This document shows positions 18,489 to 28,259 of a DNA stretch of 62,215 nt, one piece after another. Under the pieces are notes generated by a model that saw only the letters and a program-made list of their open reading frames with translations, ran no database searches and was not told where the DNA came from. Source of the stretch: Pseudomonadota bacterium (lineage in GTDB: Bacteria; Myxococcota_A; Polyangia; Fen-1088); NCBI GenBank assembly GCA_023438785.1, contig JAEXQJ010000176.1, positions 1 to 62,215 of the forward strand, in the 5' to 3' direction. Every line of letters starts with the position of its first letter. Positions within the stretch are counted from its first letter, which is position 1. Both the position numbers and the translations under genes were made by a program.

Positions 18489-20753
18489 ATGGCCGAGCGT
18501 GCGGGCCAGCGTATCCGGCTGCGCGGCATCGTGCAGGGGGTGGGCTTCCGGCCCTGGGTGTGGCGTATGGCCCACGCGGCGGGGGTGAGCGGGCGGGTGT
18601 GGAACGATGGCCAGGGCGTGACCATCGAGGCCTTCGGAACCCCGGCGGGGTTGCAGGATTTCCACGAGCGCCTGGCCACCCCGCCGCCTGCAGCCTCGGT
18701 TACAGCGCGTGAGTGCGAGGACATCGCGCCCCAGCCGGCGGGCGAGTTCCTCATCTCGTCCAGCGCGGACAGCGGCGACGAGCCACGGGTTTCCATCCCC
18801 GCGGACATCGCCACCTGCGACGCGTGCCTGGCGGAGATCGCGGATCCCCGGGCGCGTCGCTTTCGCTACGCCCTCACCAACTGCACGCAGTGCGGGCCGC
18901 GTTTCTCCATCGCGCGTGCCATCCCCTACGATCGCGCCCACACCACCATGGCCGCCTACGAGCTGTGCCCGGCCTGCCGAGCCGAATACGAGGATCCGGC
19001 GGACCGCCGCTTCCATGCCCAACCCATCGCTTGTCCCGTGTGTGGCCCGCGGTTGCGGCTCTTGGATCCCGAGGGCCGCATCCTCGATGGCGAGCCCCTC
19101 GGCCGCGCCGCCGAGCTGCTGGCCGAGGGACACGTGCTGGCCGTCAAGGGCATCGGCGGCTACCACCTGTGTTGCGATGCCACCTCCGGGGCGGCGGTGC
19201 ACAAGTTGCGCCAGCGCAAGCGGCGCGACGAGAAGCCCCTGGCCCTGATGGTGAAGGATCTGGCCGCCGCTCAGGAGCTGGTGGAGTTGGAGGCGGGTGA
19301 GCCGGCGCTGCTCACGTCGCCCGAGCGGCCCATCGTTTTGGCGCGCCGACGAGCCACGGCCCAGGTGGCGCCCGAGGTGGCGCCCGCCAATCCCCTGCTC
19401 GGCATCTTCCTCGCTTATTCGCCGCTGCACCACCTGCTGCTCTCCGAGGTTCGCCGGCCCCTGGTCATGACCTCGGGCAACCTGTCGGAGGAGCCCATCG
19501 CCTTCGACGACGGGGATGCGCGCCAGCGGCGGGGGCGCATCGCCGACGCCTTCCTGATGCACGATCGGTCGATCGAGAACGCCTGCGATGATTCGGTGGT
19601 TCGCGTGGTGGCGGGGGCGCCCTCGCTCTTGCGGCGCTCGCGTGGCTACGTGCCTCGGCCCATCCACTTGCCGGTGGCGCTGGCGCGTCCGGTGTTGGCC
19701 TGCGGGGCTCATCTGAAGAACACCTTCTGCGTGGCCCGCGGCGGGCAGGCCTATCTGGGGCCGCATATGGGTGATCTGGACAACCTGTCCTGCATCAACG
19801 CCTACGAGCGCGCGATGGAGCGCCTGCTGCGCTTCACGGGCATCGTGCCCGAGATCGTGGCCCACGACCTTCACCCCGACTACGCGTCCACCCGTTTCGC
19901 GCGCGGGCGGCCGGAGCCGCTCAAGGTGGCCGTGCAGCACCACCACGCCCACGTGGCCGCGGCCATGGCGGAGCACGGGCTCACGGGCCCGGTGCTGGGC
20001 GTGGCCTACGACGGCACGGGAATGGGCCCCGACGGTACCGCTTGGGGCGGCGAGATCCTGCTGTGCGAGCTGGCGCGCTTCGAGAGGTTGGCCACCCTGC
20101 GGGCCCTGCCCTTGGCCGGGGGCGAAGTGGCCATTCGACAGCCCTGGCGACTGGCCCTGGCCCTACTCGACGACGCCTTTGCCGGTGATCCGCCGCTGCA
20201 GGCGTTGGCCCTGTTCCAGCGCGTGTCCTCCGCGGAGGTGGCTCTGGTGCGCCGGATGATCGCCCAGCGCCTCAACGCGCCTTTGGCCCACGGTGCGGGT
20301 CGTTACTTCGATGCCCTGGCGGCCCTGGGCCTGGCCGCTCCGCACGCGCGTTTCGAGGGTCAGTTGGCCATGGCCTGGGAGTGCGTGGCCGATCCGCTGG
20401 AAGAGGGGCGATACCCCTTCGTCATCGAAGGAGAGGCTCCCTTGGCCGTCGACCTGCGGCCGCTGGTGCGCGAATCCGTGCGCGAGTTGATCGCGAAGAC
20501 CTCGCCCGCCGTGGTCTCGGCGCGGTTTCACAACACCCTGGTGGTCGCCACGGCGGAGCTGATTCGTATCATCTTGCGGCGCACGGGGCCCTTGCCCGTG
20601 GTGCTGACCGGCGGTTGTTTCCAGAACGCGCGTCTGGCCGAGTCGCTGCTGCGTGAGCTGCGCGGCCCGGTGCACTTGCACCGGCAGGTGCCGCCCGGTG
20701 ACGGCGGCTTGGCCTTGGGCCAGGCCGTGGTGGCTGACGCCATGTCTCGGTAG
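18489..20753 (+). CDS. hypF: carbamoyltransferase HypF
   Basis: Acylphosphatase domain (RGIVQGVGFRPWV), two CxxC-x18-CxxC zinc fingers, a YrdC-like domain (KGIGGYHLCCDA) and a Kae1-like C-terminal half. Confidence 0.95.
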   Translation: MAERAGQRIRLRGIVQGVGFRPWVWRMAHAAGVSGRVWNDGQGVTIEAFGTPAGLQDFHERLATPPPAASVTARECEDIAPQPAGEFLISSSADSGDEPRVSIPADIATCDACLAEIADPRARRFRYALTNCTQCGPRFSIARAIPYDRAHTTMAAYELCPACRAEYEDPADRRFHAQPIACPVCGPRLRLLDPEGRILDGEPLGRAAELLAEGHVLAVKGIGGYHLCCDATSGAAVHKLRQRKRRDEKPLALMVKDLAAAQELVELEAGEPALLTSPERPIVLARRRATAQVAPEVAPANPLLGIFLAYSPLHHLLLSEVRRPLVMTSGNLSEEPIAFDDGDARQRRGRIADAFLMHDRSIENACDDSVVRVVAGAPSLLRRSRGYVPRPIHLPVALARPVLACGAHLKNTFCVARGGQAYLGPHMGDLDNLSCINAYERAMERLLRFTGIVPEIVAHDLHPDYASTRFARGRPEPLKVAVQHHHAHVAAAMAEHGLTGPVLGVAYDGTGMGPDGTAWGGEILLCELARFERLATLRALPLAGGEVAIRQPWRLALALLDDAFAGDPPLQALALFQRVSSAEVALVRRMIAQRLNAPLAHGAGRYFDALAALGLAAPHARFEGQLAMAWECVADPLEEGRYPFVIEGEAPLAVDLRPLVRESVRELIAKTSPAVVSARFHNTLVVATAELIRIILRRTGPLPVVLTGGCFQNARLAESLLRELRGPVHLHRQVPPGDGGLALGQAVVADAMSR

Positions 20754-20806
20754 CGGCCTGCCCCCGCGCTGGTTGCGGCGTGGCGTCCTCCTGCTATGAC
20801 CTCGCG

Positions 20807-21091
20807 ATGTGTCTCGGCGTGCCCGGTAGGGTGGTTGCCATCGACGGCTTGGTGGCCAGGGTGGACTTTTTCGGTGTGCAGCGCGAGGTGCGCTTGGACA
20901 TCGTGGATGAGCCCGTGGCCCCCGGCGACTACGTGCTGAACCACGTGGGTTTCGCCATCCGGCGGATCCCGCCCGAGGAGGTGGGCGAAACCCTCAAGCT
21001 GTTCGAGGAACTGGCCGCCGCCGCGCAGGACGAGCTGCTGGCGGCGGACCGGCAAGCCGAGCTGACGGCCGCCGACGAGGCGAAGACGTGA
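20807..21091 (+). CDS. hypC: hydrogenase assembly chaperone HypC/HupF
   Basis: Canonical N-terminus MCLGVPGRVV. The Ala/Glu-rich C-terminal extension is longer than usual. Confidence 0.88.
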   Translation: MCLGVPGRVVAIDGLVARVDFFGVQREVRLDIVDEPVAPGDYVLNHVGFAIRRIPPEEVGETLKLFEELAAAAQDELLAADRQAELTAADEAKT

Positions 21092-22209
21092 CGGGTGCGG
21101 CGGAGCTGAAGTTCCGCGACCCGGACCGGGCGCGCGCTCTCTATACGGCGCTCCATCGCTTGATGGCGGCCATGAGGCGGCCCGTGTCGCTCATGCACGT
21201 GTGCGGCACGCACGAGCAGGCCATCGCCCGTTTCGGCCTGCGCGCCGGCCTGCCCAGTGGCTTGCGCATCATCATGGGCCCGGGCTGCCCCGTGTGCGTG
21301 ACCGACCGCCCCGAGGTGGACGCGGCCGTGGACCTGGCCCTACAGGGCGTGCGCCTCGCCACCTACGGCGACATGGTCCGGTTGCCCGGAAGCCGCATGT
21401 CCCTGGCCGATGCCCAAGCCGAGGGCGCCCAAGTTCACGTCGTGTACAGCGCCCTGCAGGCCGTGGAGTTGGCGCGCGTTCGTCCCGAGCCGCTGGTCTT
21501 CTTCTCGTCGGGCTTCGAGACCACTGCGGTGGCTACGGCGGCCATCGTGCAGGCCGAGCCGCCGTGCAACTTCTCCGTCTTGTCCGCGCACAAGTACGTG
21601 CCGGCCGCCATGGAGGCGGTGGCGCGGCTACCGGCCGCCCAGGTGGAGGGCTTCCTGGCCGCGGGGCACGCGGCGGTCATCACGGGTTGGGGCCTCTTCG
21701 AGGACTTCGCCCGACGGCACCGCAGGCCCGTGGTGGTGGCGGGCTTCGAGCCGCTCGACATCCTGGCCGCGCTGATCAAGTTGCTGGAGATGGTCAGAAA
21801 CGATGATGCCCGCGTGGCCAACGCCTATCCGCGCTGTGTGACCCGCGAGGGAAACCGCAAGGCGCAGGAAGCCCTGTGGCGGGTGTTTCGCAAGGCCGAC
21901 GGCCCCTGGCGCGGCATCGGTATCATCCCCGACGGGAATCTGGAGCTGCGCGATGAATGGACACGCTTCGATGCGCGCCAGCGTTTCACGGTGAAGAGCA
22001 ACTGGCGCGCGGAGCCGCCATCGGAGGCGGCCGGGCGCTGCCTTTGCGGAAAGATCATGGTCGGCTTGGTGGAGCCCACCGACTGCCCGCTGTTCGGCCA
22101 CGCGTGCACACCCGATGCCCCCGTGGGGGCGTGCATGGTGTCCAGCGAGGGCACCTGCAGGATCTGGCATCGGTACGGGGGACGCCCCGACCTGGGGAGC
22201 AGCACATGA
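21088..22209 (+). CDS. hypD: hydrogenase maturation protein HypD
   Basis: MHVCGTHE, GPGCPVCV, FETT and a C-terminal CxxC-rich Fe-S region. The GTG start overlaps the hypC stop. Confidence 0.93.
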   Translation: MTGAAELKFRDPDRARALYTALHRLMAAMRRPVSLMHVCGTHEQAIARFGLRAGLPSGLRIIMGPGCPVCVTDRPEVDAAVDLALQGVRLATYGDMVRLPGSRMSLADAQAEGAQVHVVYSALQAVELARVRPEPLVFFSSGFETTAVATAAIVQAEPPCNFSVLSAHKYVPAAMEAVARLPAAQVEGFLAAGHAAVITGWGLFEDFARRHRRPVVVAGFEPLDILAALIKLLEMVRNDDARVANAYPRCVTREGNRKAQEALWRVFRKADGPWRGIGIIPDGNLELRDEWTRFDARQRFTVKSNWRAEPPSEAAGRCLCGKIMVGLVEPTDCPLFGHACTPDAPVGACMVSSEGTCRIWHRYGGRPDLGSST

Positions 22210-23228
22210 GTCACAGGCTCAGCGATCGAGTGGCGCTCAAACACGGCGCGGGCGGGCCCGCCATGCGGGCGCTCATCGAAGAGGTCTTCGTCGGCGCCTT
22301 GGCTCAGCCCGGGCCCGGGGTGGGCCTAGACGCCATGGATGACGGCGCGGTTTTGCCCGTGGGCGATCAGTGGTTGGTCCTGACCACCGACTCCTATGTC
22401 ATCAAGCCGCTCTTCTTTCCGGGCGGCGACATCGGGCGGCTGGCGGTGTCGGGCACGATCAACGATTTGGCCATGATGGGCGCCACCCGGCCCCTGGGCC
22501 TGACCTGCGCCGTGATCATCGAGGAGGGCTTCGCCCGCGCCGATCTGGAGCGCATCCGGGATTCGCTGCGGGCGGCGTGTGCCGAGGCCGGCGCGCGCAT
22601 CGTGACCGGCGACACCAAGGTCATGGGCAAGGGCGAGTTGGACGGCGTCGTCATCAACACGGCGGGCGTGGGGCTGGCCGAGCGGGTGGTGCGCGATGCG
22701 GGCCTGCGCGTCGGCGATCGCATCATCGTGACCGGCACGATCGGCGATCACGGCTTCGCGGTCATGGCGGCGCGCCACGACTTGCACCTGGAGGGCCCGC
22801 TGGCCTCCGACGTGGCGCCGCTCAACGGCCTGGTGCGCGCGGGGCTGGCCGCAGGTCAAGTGGTGGCCATGAAGGATCCCACGCGTGGCGGGGTGGCCAG
22901 CGCCCTCACCGAAATGGCGGGCAAGGCCCAGGTGGGAATCGTGCTCGACGAGACGGCGTTGCCCGTGCAGCCCCAGGTGCGCGCCGCCTCCGAGTTGCTG
23001 GGCGTGGATCCCTTGCATGTGGCCAACGAGGGCAAGGCGCTCATGGGCGTGCGACCCGAGTCCGTGGAGCGCGTGCTGGCGGCCTTGCGCGCTCACCCGC
23101 TGGGCCGCGCCGCCGCCGTCATTGGCACGTGCGTGGCCGAGCGCCCCGGCTCCATCGTCCTCGACACCGGCTTCGGCCGTCGCCTGCTGGCGGAACCCGA
23201 GGGGGAGCTGCTGCCGCGTATCTGCTGA
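22206..23228 (+). CDS. hypE: hydrogenase maturation protein HypE
   Basis: ALKHGAGGPAM, a PurM-like fold, and the C-terminal PRIC motif (ELLPRIC) that carries the thiocyanate cysteine. The ATG overlaps the hypD stop. Confidence 0.93.
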   Translation: MSHRLSDRVALKHGAGGPAMRALIEEVFVGALAQPGPGVGLDAMDDGAVLPVGDQWLVLTTDSYVIKPLFFPGGDIGRLAVSGTINDLAMMGATRPLGLTCAVIIEEGFARADLERIRDSLRAACAEAGARIVTGDTKVMGKGELDGVVINTAGVGLAERVVRDAGLRVGDRIIVTGTIGDHGFAVMAARHDLHLEGPLASDVAPLNGLVRAGLAAGQVVAMKDPTRGGVASALTEMAGKAQVGIVLDETALPVQPQVRAASELLGVDPLHVANEGKALMGVRPESVERVLAALRAHPLGRAAAVIGTCVAERPGSIVLDTGFGRRLLAEPEGELLPRIC

Positions 23229-23558
23229 CTAGTTCGCCAGGCCCGGCTTGCTCGGCCTGTCGCCGAAGGTTTGCTCCCAGTTGCGGCGGTATTCGTCGGT
23301 GGCAACCTGGACCGGGCCGCTGCTCTGGCGGTCGGTCTTCTCGGCGGGGTGCAGGGTTTCCACGTCGCACAGGGCGGGGAACTTCTCGCGAGGTCGCAGG
23401 CGCACCAACTCTTGGCCGGTCAGGGCACGGCCCTCGGGCACCGGCCGCACCTCGCCGGTCTCCAACACGCCTTCGCGGGCGCGAATAATGCGTGCACCTT
23501 TCTGGTCTTCGGTGGGCGCGTAGAGCAAGGCCACGTCGGTGGGGCGGCGACTGGTCAC
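23229..23558 (-). CDS. hypothetical protein (109 aa)
   Basis: GC3-rich ORF convergent with, and abutting, hypE. No motif recognised. Confidence 0.45.
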   Translation of the reverse strand: MTSRRPTDVALLYAPTEDQKGARIIRAREGVLETGEVRPVPEGRALTGQELVRLRPREKFPALCDVETLHPAEKTDRQSSGPVQVATDEYRRNWEQTFGDRPSKPGLAN

Positions 23559-23600
23559 GACTCATAGGGTTGCGCTTTCTCGACGACAGTGCAACGACGG

Positions 23601-24326
23601 TCAGGTCGAGACGGCCGAATCTCCGAAGGGACCTTGCACTGGTGCGGCGCGGTTGAGGCGCCACGCCAGATAGAGCCCCGCCACCGTGCTCAGTGCGCCC
23701 GCCACCGAGAAGCCCGCTACGAACGGGCCAGCCAGCACCAGGCCCCATGCCACCAGGGTGAACAGGAAATAGGCCAGCAGGGTGGACGCGACCGAGGTGT
23801 CAGTCGGCGGGCTGGCGCGCGGGGGCTCCGTCGCGGCCTGGGCAGGCATCTGGCCCACGGTGGGAGCGGGCGGGGCGCTCGCCGGCGCGTCTCTCACCTG
23901 GCTGGTGCGAATGGCGTCGCCCATGCCCTGGAAGACCGAGGGAACGAAGCGCACGCAGACGGCCAGATAGGTCAGGGCCAAGGCCAAAAGCTGCACGCGC
24001 CAGCCACCGCGGCCGGCCACGCTCCGCCGCACGGTCAGGCCCACGATAATGCCGGCGACCACGGCCAGGGGCGCCAAATCGAGCGAGGTGATGCGGGTGG
24101 CCAGGTACCAGGCCAGCGCCACGCCCATGGACGCGCCGACGCCGCGGGACAGGGCACGGCGGAGCCAGTCGGCGGCCGCGGCGGGCCGGGCCAGATCGGC
24201 GGCGCACTCGGCGCACACCAGCAGGTCACGCACGCGGAAGTGCTCGCCGGCCAACGGGCGGTGGCACAGCTCGCAAGGCCGTAGTGATTCACCCGAGGCG
24301 GATTCGGTGCCTGTCTCGTCGCCCAC
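23601..24326 (-). CDS. hypothetical membrane protein with an N-terminal CxxC...CxxC zinc-ribbon-like segment
   Basis: CELCHRPLAGEHFRVRDLLVCAEC is followed by about 5 hydrophobic helices and a Pro/Ala-rich loop. A GTG start at 24326 is preferred because the ATG at 24428 would overlap the divergent VOC gene. Confidence 0.5.
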   Translation of the reverse strand: MGDETGTESASGESLRPCELCHRPLAGEHFRVRDLLVCAECAADLARPAAAADWLRRALSRGVGASMGVALAWYLATRITSLDLAPLAVVAGIIVGLTVRRSVAGRGGWRVQLLALALTYLAVCVRFVPSVFQGMGDAIRTSQVRDAPASAPPAPTVGQMPAQAATEPPRASPPTDTSVASTLLAYFLFTLVAWGLVLAGPFVAGFSVAGALSTVAGLYLAWRLNRAAPVQGPFGDSAVST

Positions 24327-24421
24327 ATGGACGAGTGTAGGACGGGCGATCGAGGCCGCAAGGCGCTGTCCTGGCGTGGGAACACGGGAGCCCCGGCAGA
24401 TTCCGCGTGTACAGTGGACCC

Positions 24422-24805
24422 ATGTCACCCACCGTCCATCATCTGGCCCTCAAGGCCATGGACCTGCCGCGCATGGAGCGCTTCTACCGGGACGTCCTGG
24501 GGCTGGCCGTCGTGCGCCGCTGGCCCGCGCCCGACGGCCAGGGCGATCGCTCCGTGTGGCTGGACCTGGGCGCGGGGACCTTCCTGGCCTTGGAGCGTGC
24601 CACTCAGCCGCGTCAGCCCCCGGGCGAGGAAGAACCCGGCCTGCACATGCTGGCCCTGCGGATCGCGCGCGCGGAGCGCGTGGACTGGATCCGCAAGCTA
24701 GGCGAGGCCGGGGCGCCGCTGTACCGGCACACCGATTACACAATCTACGTGAAGGACCCGGAGGGCAACCGCATCGGCCTGTCGCATTGGCCCGATCCGG
24801 TCTGA
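24422..24805 (+). CDS. VOC/glyoxalase-family protein
   Basis: VHHLALKAMDLPRMERFYRDVLGL at the N-terminus and YVKDPEGNRIGL at the C-terminus. Confidence 0.85.
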   Translation: MSPTVHHLALKAMDLPRMERFYRDVLGLAVVRRWPAPDGQGDRSVWLDLGAGTFLALERATQPRQPPGEEEPGLHMLALRIARAERVDWIRKLGEAGAPLYRHTDYTIYVKDPEGNRIGLSHWPDPV

Positions 24806-24811
24806 GCCAGC

Positions 24812-25546
24812 TCAGCGACCCGCAACCTGGGCCGCCGCTCGGTGCTTGCGGCGTGCGCGGATGTTGAGCAGCTCCACGGCCAGCGAGAAGCCCATGGCGA
24901 AGTACACGTAGCCGCGCGGCACGTGGTGGCCCAGCGCCTCGGCGACGAGCAGCACGCCGATGAGCAACAAGAAGGACAGGCCCAACAGCTTCAGGCTGGG
25001 GTGGCGGGAGATGAAGGCGGCAGTCTGATCGGCGGTCAGCATCATCACGCCCATGGCCAACACCACGGCACTGATCGTGATCCAAAGCTGCGGGGCCATG
25101 CCCACAGCGGTGATGACCGAATCCAGCGAGAAGACCACGTCGAGCAGGGCGATTTGGACCACCACGCTCGCCAGGGTGGCGCGGACCCGGCCACCCTCGC
25201 TGCCGCCGTGCTCCTCCTCCGTCTTGCCGTGGATTTCATGCGACGATTTGGCGATGAGGAACAGGCCTCCTGCGGCCAACACGAGATCGCGGCCCGAGAA
25301 GGTGTGACCAGCCACGGTGAACAGCGGCGCCACCAGGTGGCTCAGCCAGGTCAGCGTGAGCAGCAGGGCCACGCGGGTCAGCAACGCCATGGCCAAGCCC
25401 AAGCGGCGGGCCTTGCTCGCCTGCGCCGCGGGCAGCCTCTGCGACAGGATGGCCAGAAAGACGATGTTGTCGATGCCGAGGATGATCTCCAGAGCCGTCA
25501 GGCTGAGCAGGCTGGCCAGGTTCTCGGCCGTGAACAGCGCGGACAT
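24812..25546 (-). CDS. TerC-family integral membrane protein
   Basis: LEIILGIDNIVFLAIL plus a second ALLDVVFSLDSVITAVG repeat, the hallmark paired TerC motifs. Confidence 0.88.
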   Translation of the reverse strand: MSALFTAENLASLLSLTALEIILGIDNIVFLAILSQRLPAAQASKARRLGLAMALLTRVALLLTLTWLSHLVAPLFTVAGHTFSGRDLVLAAGGLFLIAKSSHEIHGKTEEEHGGSEGGRVRATLASVVVQIALLDVVFSLDSVITAVGMAPQLWITISAVVLAMGVMMLTADQTAAFISRHPSLKLLGLSFLLLIGVLLVAEALGHHVPRGYVYFAMGFSLAVELLNIRARRKHRAAAQVAGR

Positions 25547-26199
25547 CAGCGCCGCCTCGTGATCGCTTCGCGGGCCAGCTCATCGCAGCGCTCGTTGTTG
25601 GACACGCCCGCGTGGCCTTCCACCTTCACGAGGTGCAGTTTGGGAAAATCGGCGAGTTGGCGGCGCAGGCTGGCCACCAGCTCTTGATTGGCCTTGGCCT
25701 TCCAACCCTTGCCCAGCAGGCCCAGGGCGTAGCTCGAATCACTGTACAGATTCACGGCGCGATCGCGGTCGGCCATGAGCTCCGCGGCCACCTGCAGACC
25801 GCGCGCGATGGCCGTCAACTCGGCGATGTTGTTGGTGCCCACGCCAAGGTACTCGCCGCGCTCCACGCGTTTGCCGTCGGCCACCACGACCACGCCGATG
25901 CCCATGGGACCGGGGTTCCCCGAGCAGGCACCGTCGGTCCACACCTGAATGGCATGGGGATCGGACGCAGCCACCGACGGGCGCGACACGCCAGCCGGGC
26001 GCGGTGCCCGGGGCGGCGCGGCCTCGGCGGCGCCCTGGGCCAGGGGCGCCAGGTTGGAGGGTGCAGGGCGGTAGCTCTTGGGATCCTCCTGCCGGTACTT
26101 CATCTCGGCCCGGCCGTCGCTGTCGAGGGTGGGGCGGCCGTCGTCGCCCACTTTGACCCAAACGGGTTGTCCCTTGAAACTCATGCGTGACCAGGCCAT
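25546..26199 (-). CDS. rnhA: ribonuclease HI with an about 95-aa N-terminal extension
   Basis: WTDGACSGNPGPMG, TNNIAELTAI, YSDSSYA and HAGVSNNERCDELAR (DEDD catalytic residues). Confidence 0.88.
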   Translation of the reverse strand: MAWSRMSFKGQPVWVKVGDDGRPTLDSDGRAEMKYRQEDPKSYRPAPSNLAPLAQGAAEAAPPRAPRPAGVSRPSVAASDPHAIQVWTDGACSGNPGPMGIGVVVVADGKRVERGEYLGVGTNNIAELTAIARGLQVAAELMADRDRAVNLYSDSSYALGLLGKGWKAKANQELVASLRRQLADFPKLHLVKVEGHAGVSNNERCDELAREAITRRR

Positions 26200-26314
26200 C
26201 CGCGTACTATTGCTTCAGGCCGCGTGCCGTTTCCAGTAAACGCGCTGCCCGCGACGCGATGGTCCGCGGTGAATCGGGGCTGCGTCTTGGCGCCGGCGTT
26301 GTAGTCTGCGCGCC

Positions 26315-27847
26315 GTGAACGCAGAGACCAATCAATCCCCGTCGCAGCCTCAGCCCCAGCCCGACCGCGCTGTCGAGGTGGGGCGAGGCGTGCTGTTCAT
26401 CGGTTTTGCCAAGGCCTCCTTCATGGTCTTCGGCGCCTTGCAGAAGTTCCTGCTGGCGCGCGTGGCCAGCGTGGCCGAGTACGGCGCCTTCTCCGTGGTC
26501 AACAACGCCGTGTCCATCGTGAACAACACGGTGGTCCAGGGGACTATCCAGTCGGTCTCCAAGTTCACCGCCGAGGACGACGCGCGCATGGGCGCCGTTC
26601 AACGCGCGGGCCTCAGGATGCAGGTCTTCTTGGGCGTGGCGCTGGCCCTGGGCTTCGCCTTGGCGGCGCCGCTCATGGCCGACGCGCTCAAGGCGCCCGA
26701 GCACACCAACCTCTTCCGTCTGGCCGCGGCTATCCCGCTGCTCTACTCGTTCTACGCGGTGTTCGTGGGGACGGCGAACGGCCAGCGGCGCTTCCGCGTG
26801 CAGGCCAGCTTCGACGTGGGGTTCTCCGTTAGCAAGACCGTGCTGCTCCTCGCGGGTGCCCTGGTGGGGCGCGGCTTGGGTCACCCGGTGGCGGGCGCGT
26901 TCGCGGGTTTCATCGCTGCGGCGCTGCTCATTCTCGCGGTGTCGGGCAAGAAGATGTGGGCCCCGGCGGGCGGCAGCTCGTTCGCGCCCTGGCGCCTCGT
27001 TGTCTTCATGGGCGGCGTGGTGCTCTACACGCTGCTGATCAACTTGGCGCTCAGCTACGATTCGTTGCTGCTGCGGCGCTTTGCCGGCGCGGCGATGGCC
27101 GGGCCGGGGGCTGATGCGGTGGTGGGCGCCTACGAGGCCGTGCGCAGCCTGGCCCTGCTGCCCTATCAGGCGCTCCTGGTGGTGACCTTCGTCATCTTCC
27201 CCCTGGTTTCGCGCTCCACGTTCGCCGAGGATCGCGAGGCCACCCGGGCCTACGTGCGCCAGACCCTGCGCTATGCGCTCATCTTCGGCGCGGCCCTGGC
27301 GGTGGTGCTGGCAGCGCGACCGGTCACCCTCCTGCGTCTCTTCTATCCCGCGGCGTATGGTGCGGGCGCGGCGGCTTTGCCCATTCTGGCGGGAGGCATC
27401 GTGGCCTTGGCGCTGCTTTCCATCGCGGGCTCGATCATCACCGCGTCGGGCCGACCCCACGTGGCCGTGATTCTGGTGGCGGTGTCCTTGGTGGTGGGCG
27501 CGGCCCTGGCCTTTGCGCTGGTGCCCAACGCGGCGCCCGGGCCCGCCATGTTGAAGGCTGCCGCGGGCGCCACCGCGCTGGGCATGCTGGCCGGGCTGTT
27601 GGTGGCGCTGGCCTACCTATGGAAGCGATTCGCGGCCTATCCGCCGGCCGCTTCCGTTGGGCGTGTGCTGGCCGCGGTGGTCCTGGCCTTGGCCGTGGCG
27701 CGCATCCTGCCCGATCGGGGCCTCGTCATGGGCCTGGCGGGCATGGCTGCGGCGGGCTTGGTGTTCGTCACGACACTGCTCATCCTGGGCGAGCTCGGCG
27801 CCACCGACCGCGAGAAGTTCGCCCGCGTGTTGCGGCGCAAGCGCTAG
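26315..27847 (+). CDS. MOP-superfamily polysaccharide/oligosaccharide flippase (Wzx/MurJ-like)
   Basis: About 14 hydrophobic helices with the Arg/Lys-rich short loops typical of polysaccharide biosynthesis flippases. GTG start. Confidence 0.7.
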   Translation: MNAETNQSPSQPQPQPDRAVEVGRGVLFIGFAKASFMVFGALQKFLLARVASVAEYGAFSVVNNAVSIVNNTVVQGTIQSVSKFTAEDDARMGAVQRAGLRMQVFLGVALALGFALAAPLMADALKAPEHTNLFRLAAAIPLLYSFYAVFVGTANGQRRFRVQASFDVGFSVSKTVLLLAGALVGRGLGHPVAGAFAGFIAAALLILAVSGKKMWAPAGGSSFAPWRLVVFMGGVVLYTLLINLALSYDSLLLRRFAGAAMAGPGADAVVGAYEAVRSLALLPYQALLVVTFVIFPLVSRSTFAEDREATRAYVRQTLRYALIFGAALAVVLAARPVTLLRLFYPAAYGAGAAALPILAGGIVALALLSIAGSIITASGRPHVAVILVAVSLVVGAALAFALVPNAAPGPAMLKAAAGATALGMLAGLLVALAYLWKRFAAYPPAASVGRVLAAVVLALAVARILPDRGLVMGLAGMAAAGLVFVTTLLILGELGATDREKFARVLRRKR

Positions 27848-28248
27848 CGCTTGCGCAGGTCCGCGTAGATGCGCGGACCCAGGCTCGACACCATGAGCTT
27901 CTCGACCTCGCGCTCGACGGCGGCTTGCTGCTCGCCGTCGGCGTAGATGAAGCGAATGCCCATGCCGGGCTCGTCGGCGCCGTCGGGCCCTTGGCCCTGG
28001 CGCGTCTCGCCTTCGTGCAGGACCCAACGCACCTCGCCCAGCAGCACCATGGGCTCGCTCATGCTGGGGACCATCAGGCGGAACAGGAACCGCGTGCCCA
28101 CATCGAGGGGCTTCGTGGTCTTGATGAACGTGCCGCCCTTCGAGATGTTCTTCGTGTAGTCGTAAAAGAAGCGATTGAGTCGCTGGTACTCGACCCGCAA
28201 CTCGATAGGGGTCCGTTCCCGCTGGCGACGATCAGAGGGCTGCGGCAT
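27844..28248 (-). CDS. PilZ-domain protein (myxobacterial paralog type)
   Basis: RRQRERTPIELRVEY...ISKGGTFIKT...GEVRWV...GMGIRF matches the RxxxR / D-x-S-x-x-G c-di-GMP binding architecture. The start is taken at MPQPSD. Confidence 0.75.
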   Translation of the reverse strand: MPQPSDRRQRERTPIELRVEYQRLNRFFYDYTKNISKGGTFIKTTKPLDVGTRFLFRLMVPSMSEPMVLLGEVRWVLHEGETRQGQGPDGADEPGMGIRFIYADGEQQAAVEREVEKLMVSSLGPRIYADLRKR

Positions 28249-28259
28249 TCTGTTCCCGC

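Noticed and set aside
18150-19976. 608-aa minus-strand ORF
   Set aside because: It is antisense to hypB/hypF, which are unambiguous. It is a shadow frame.
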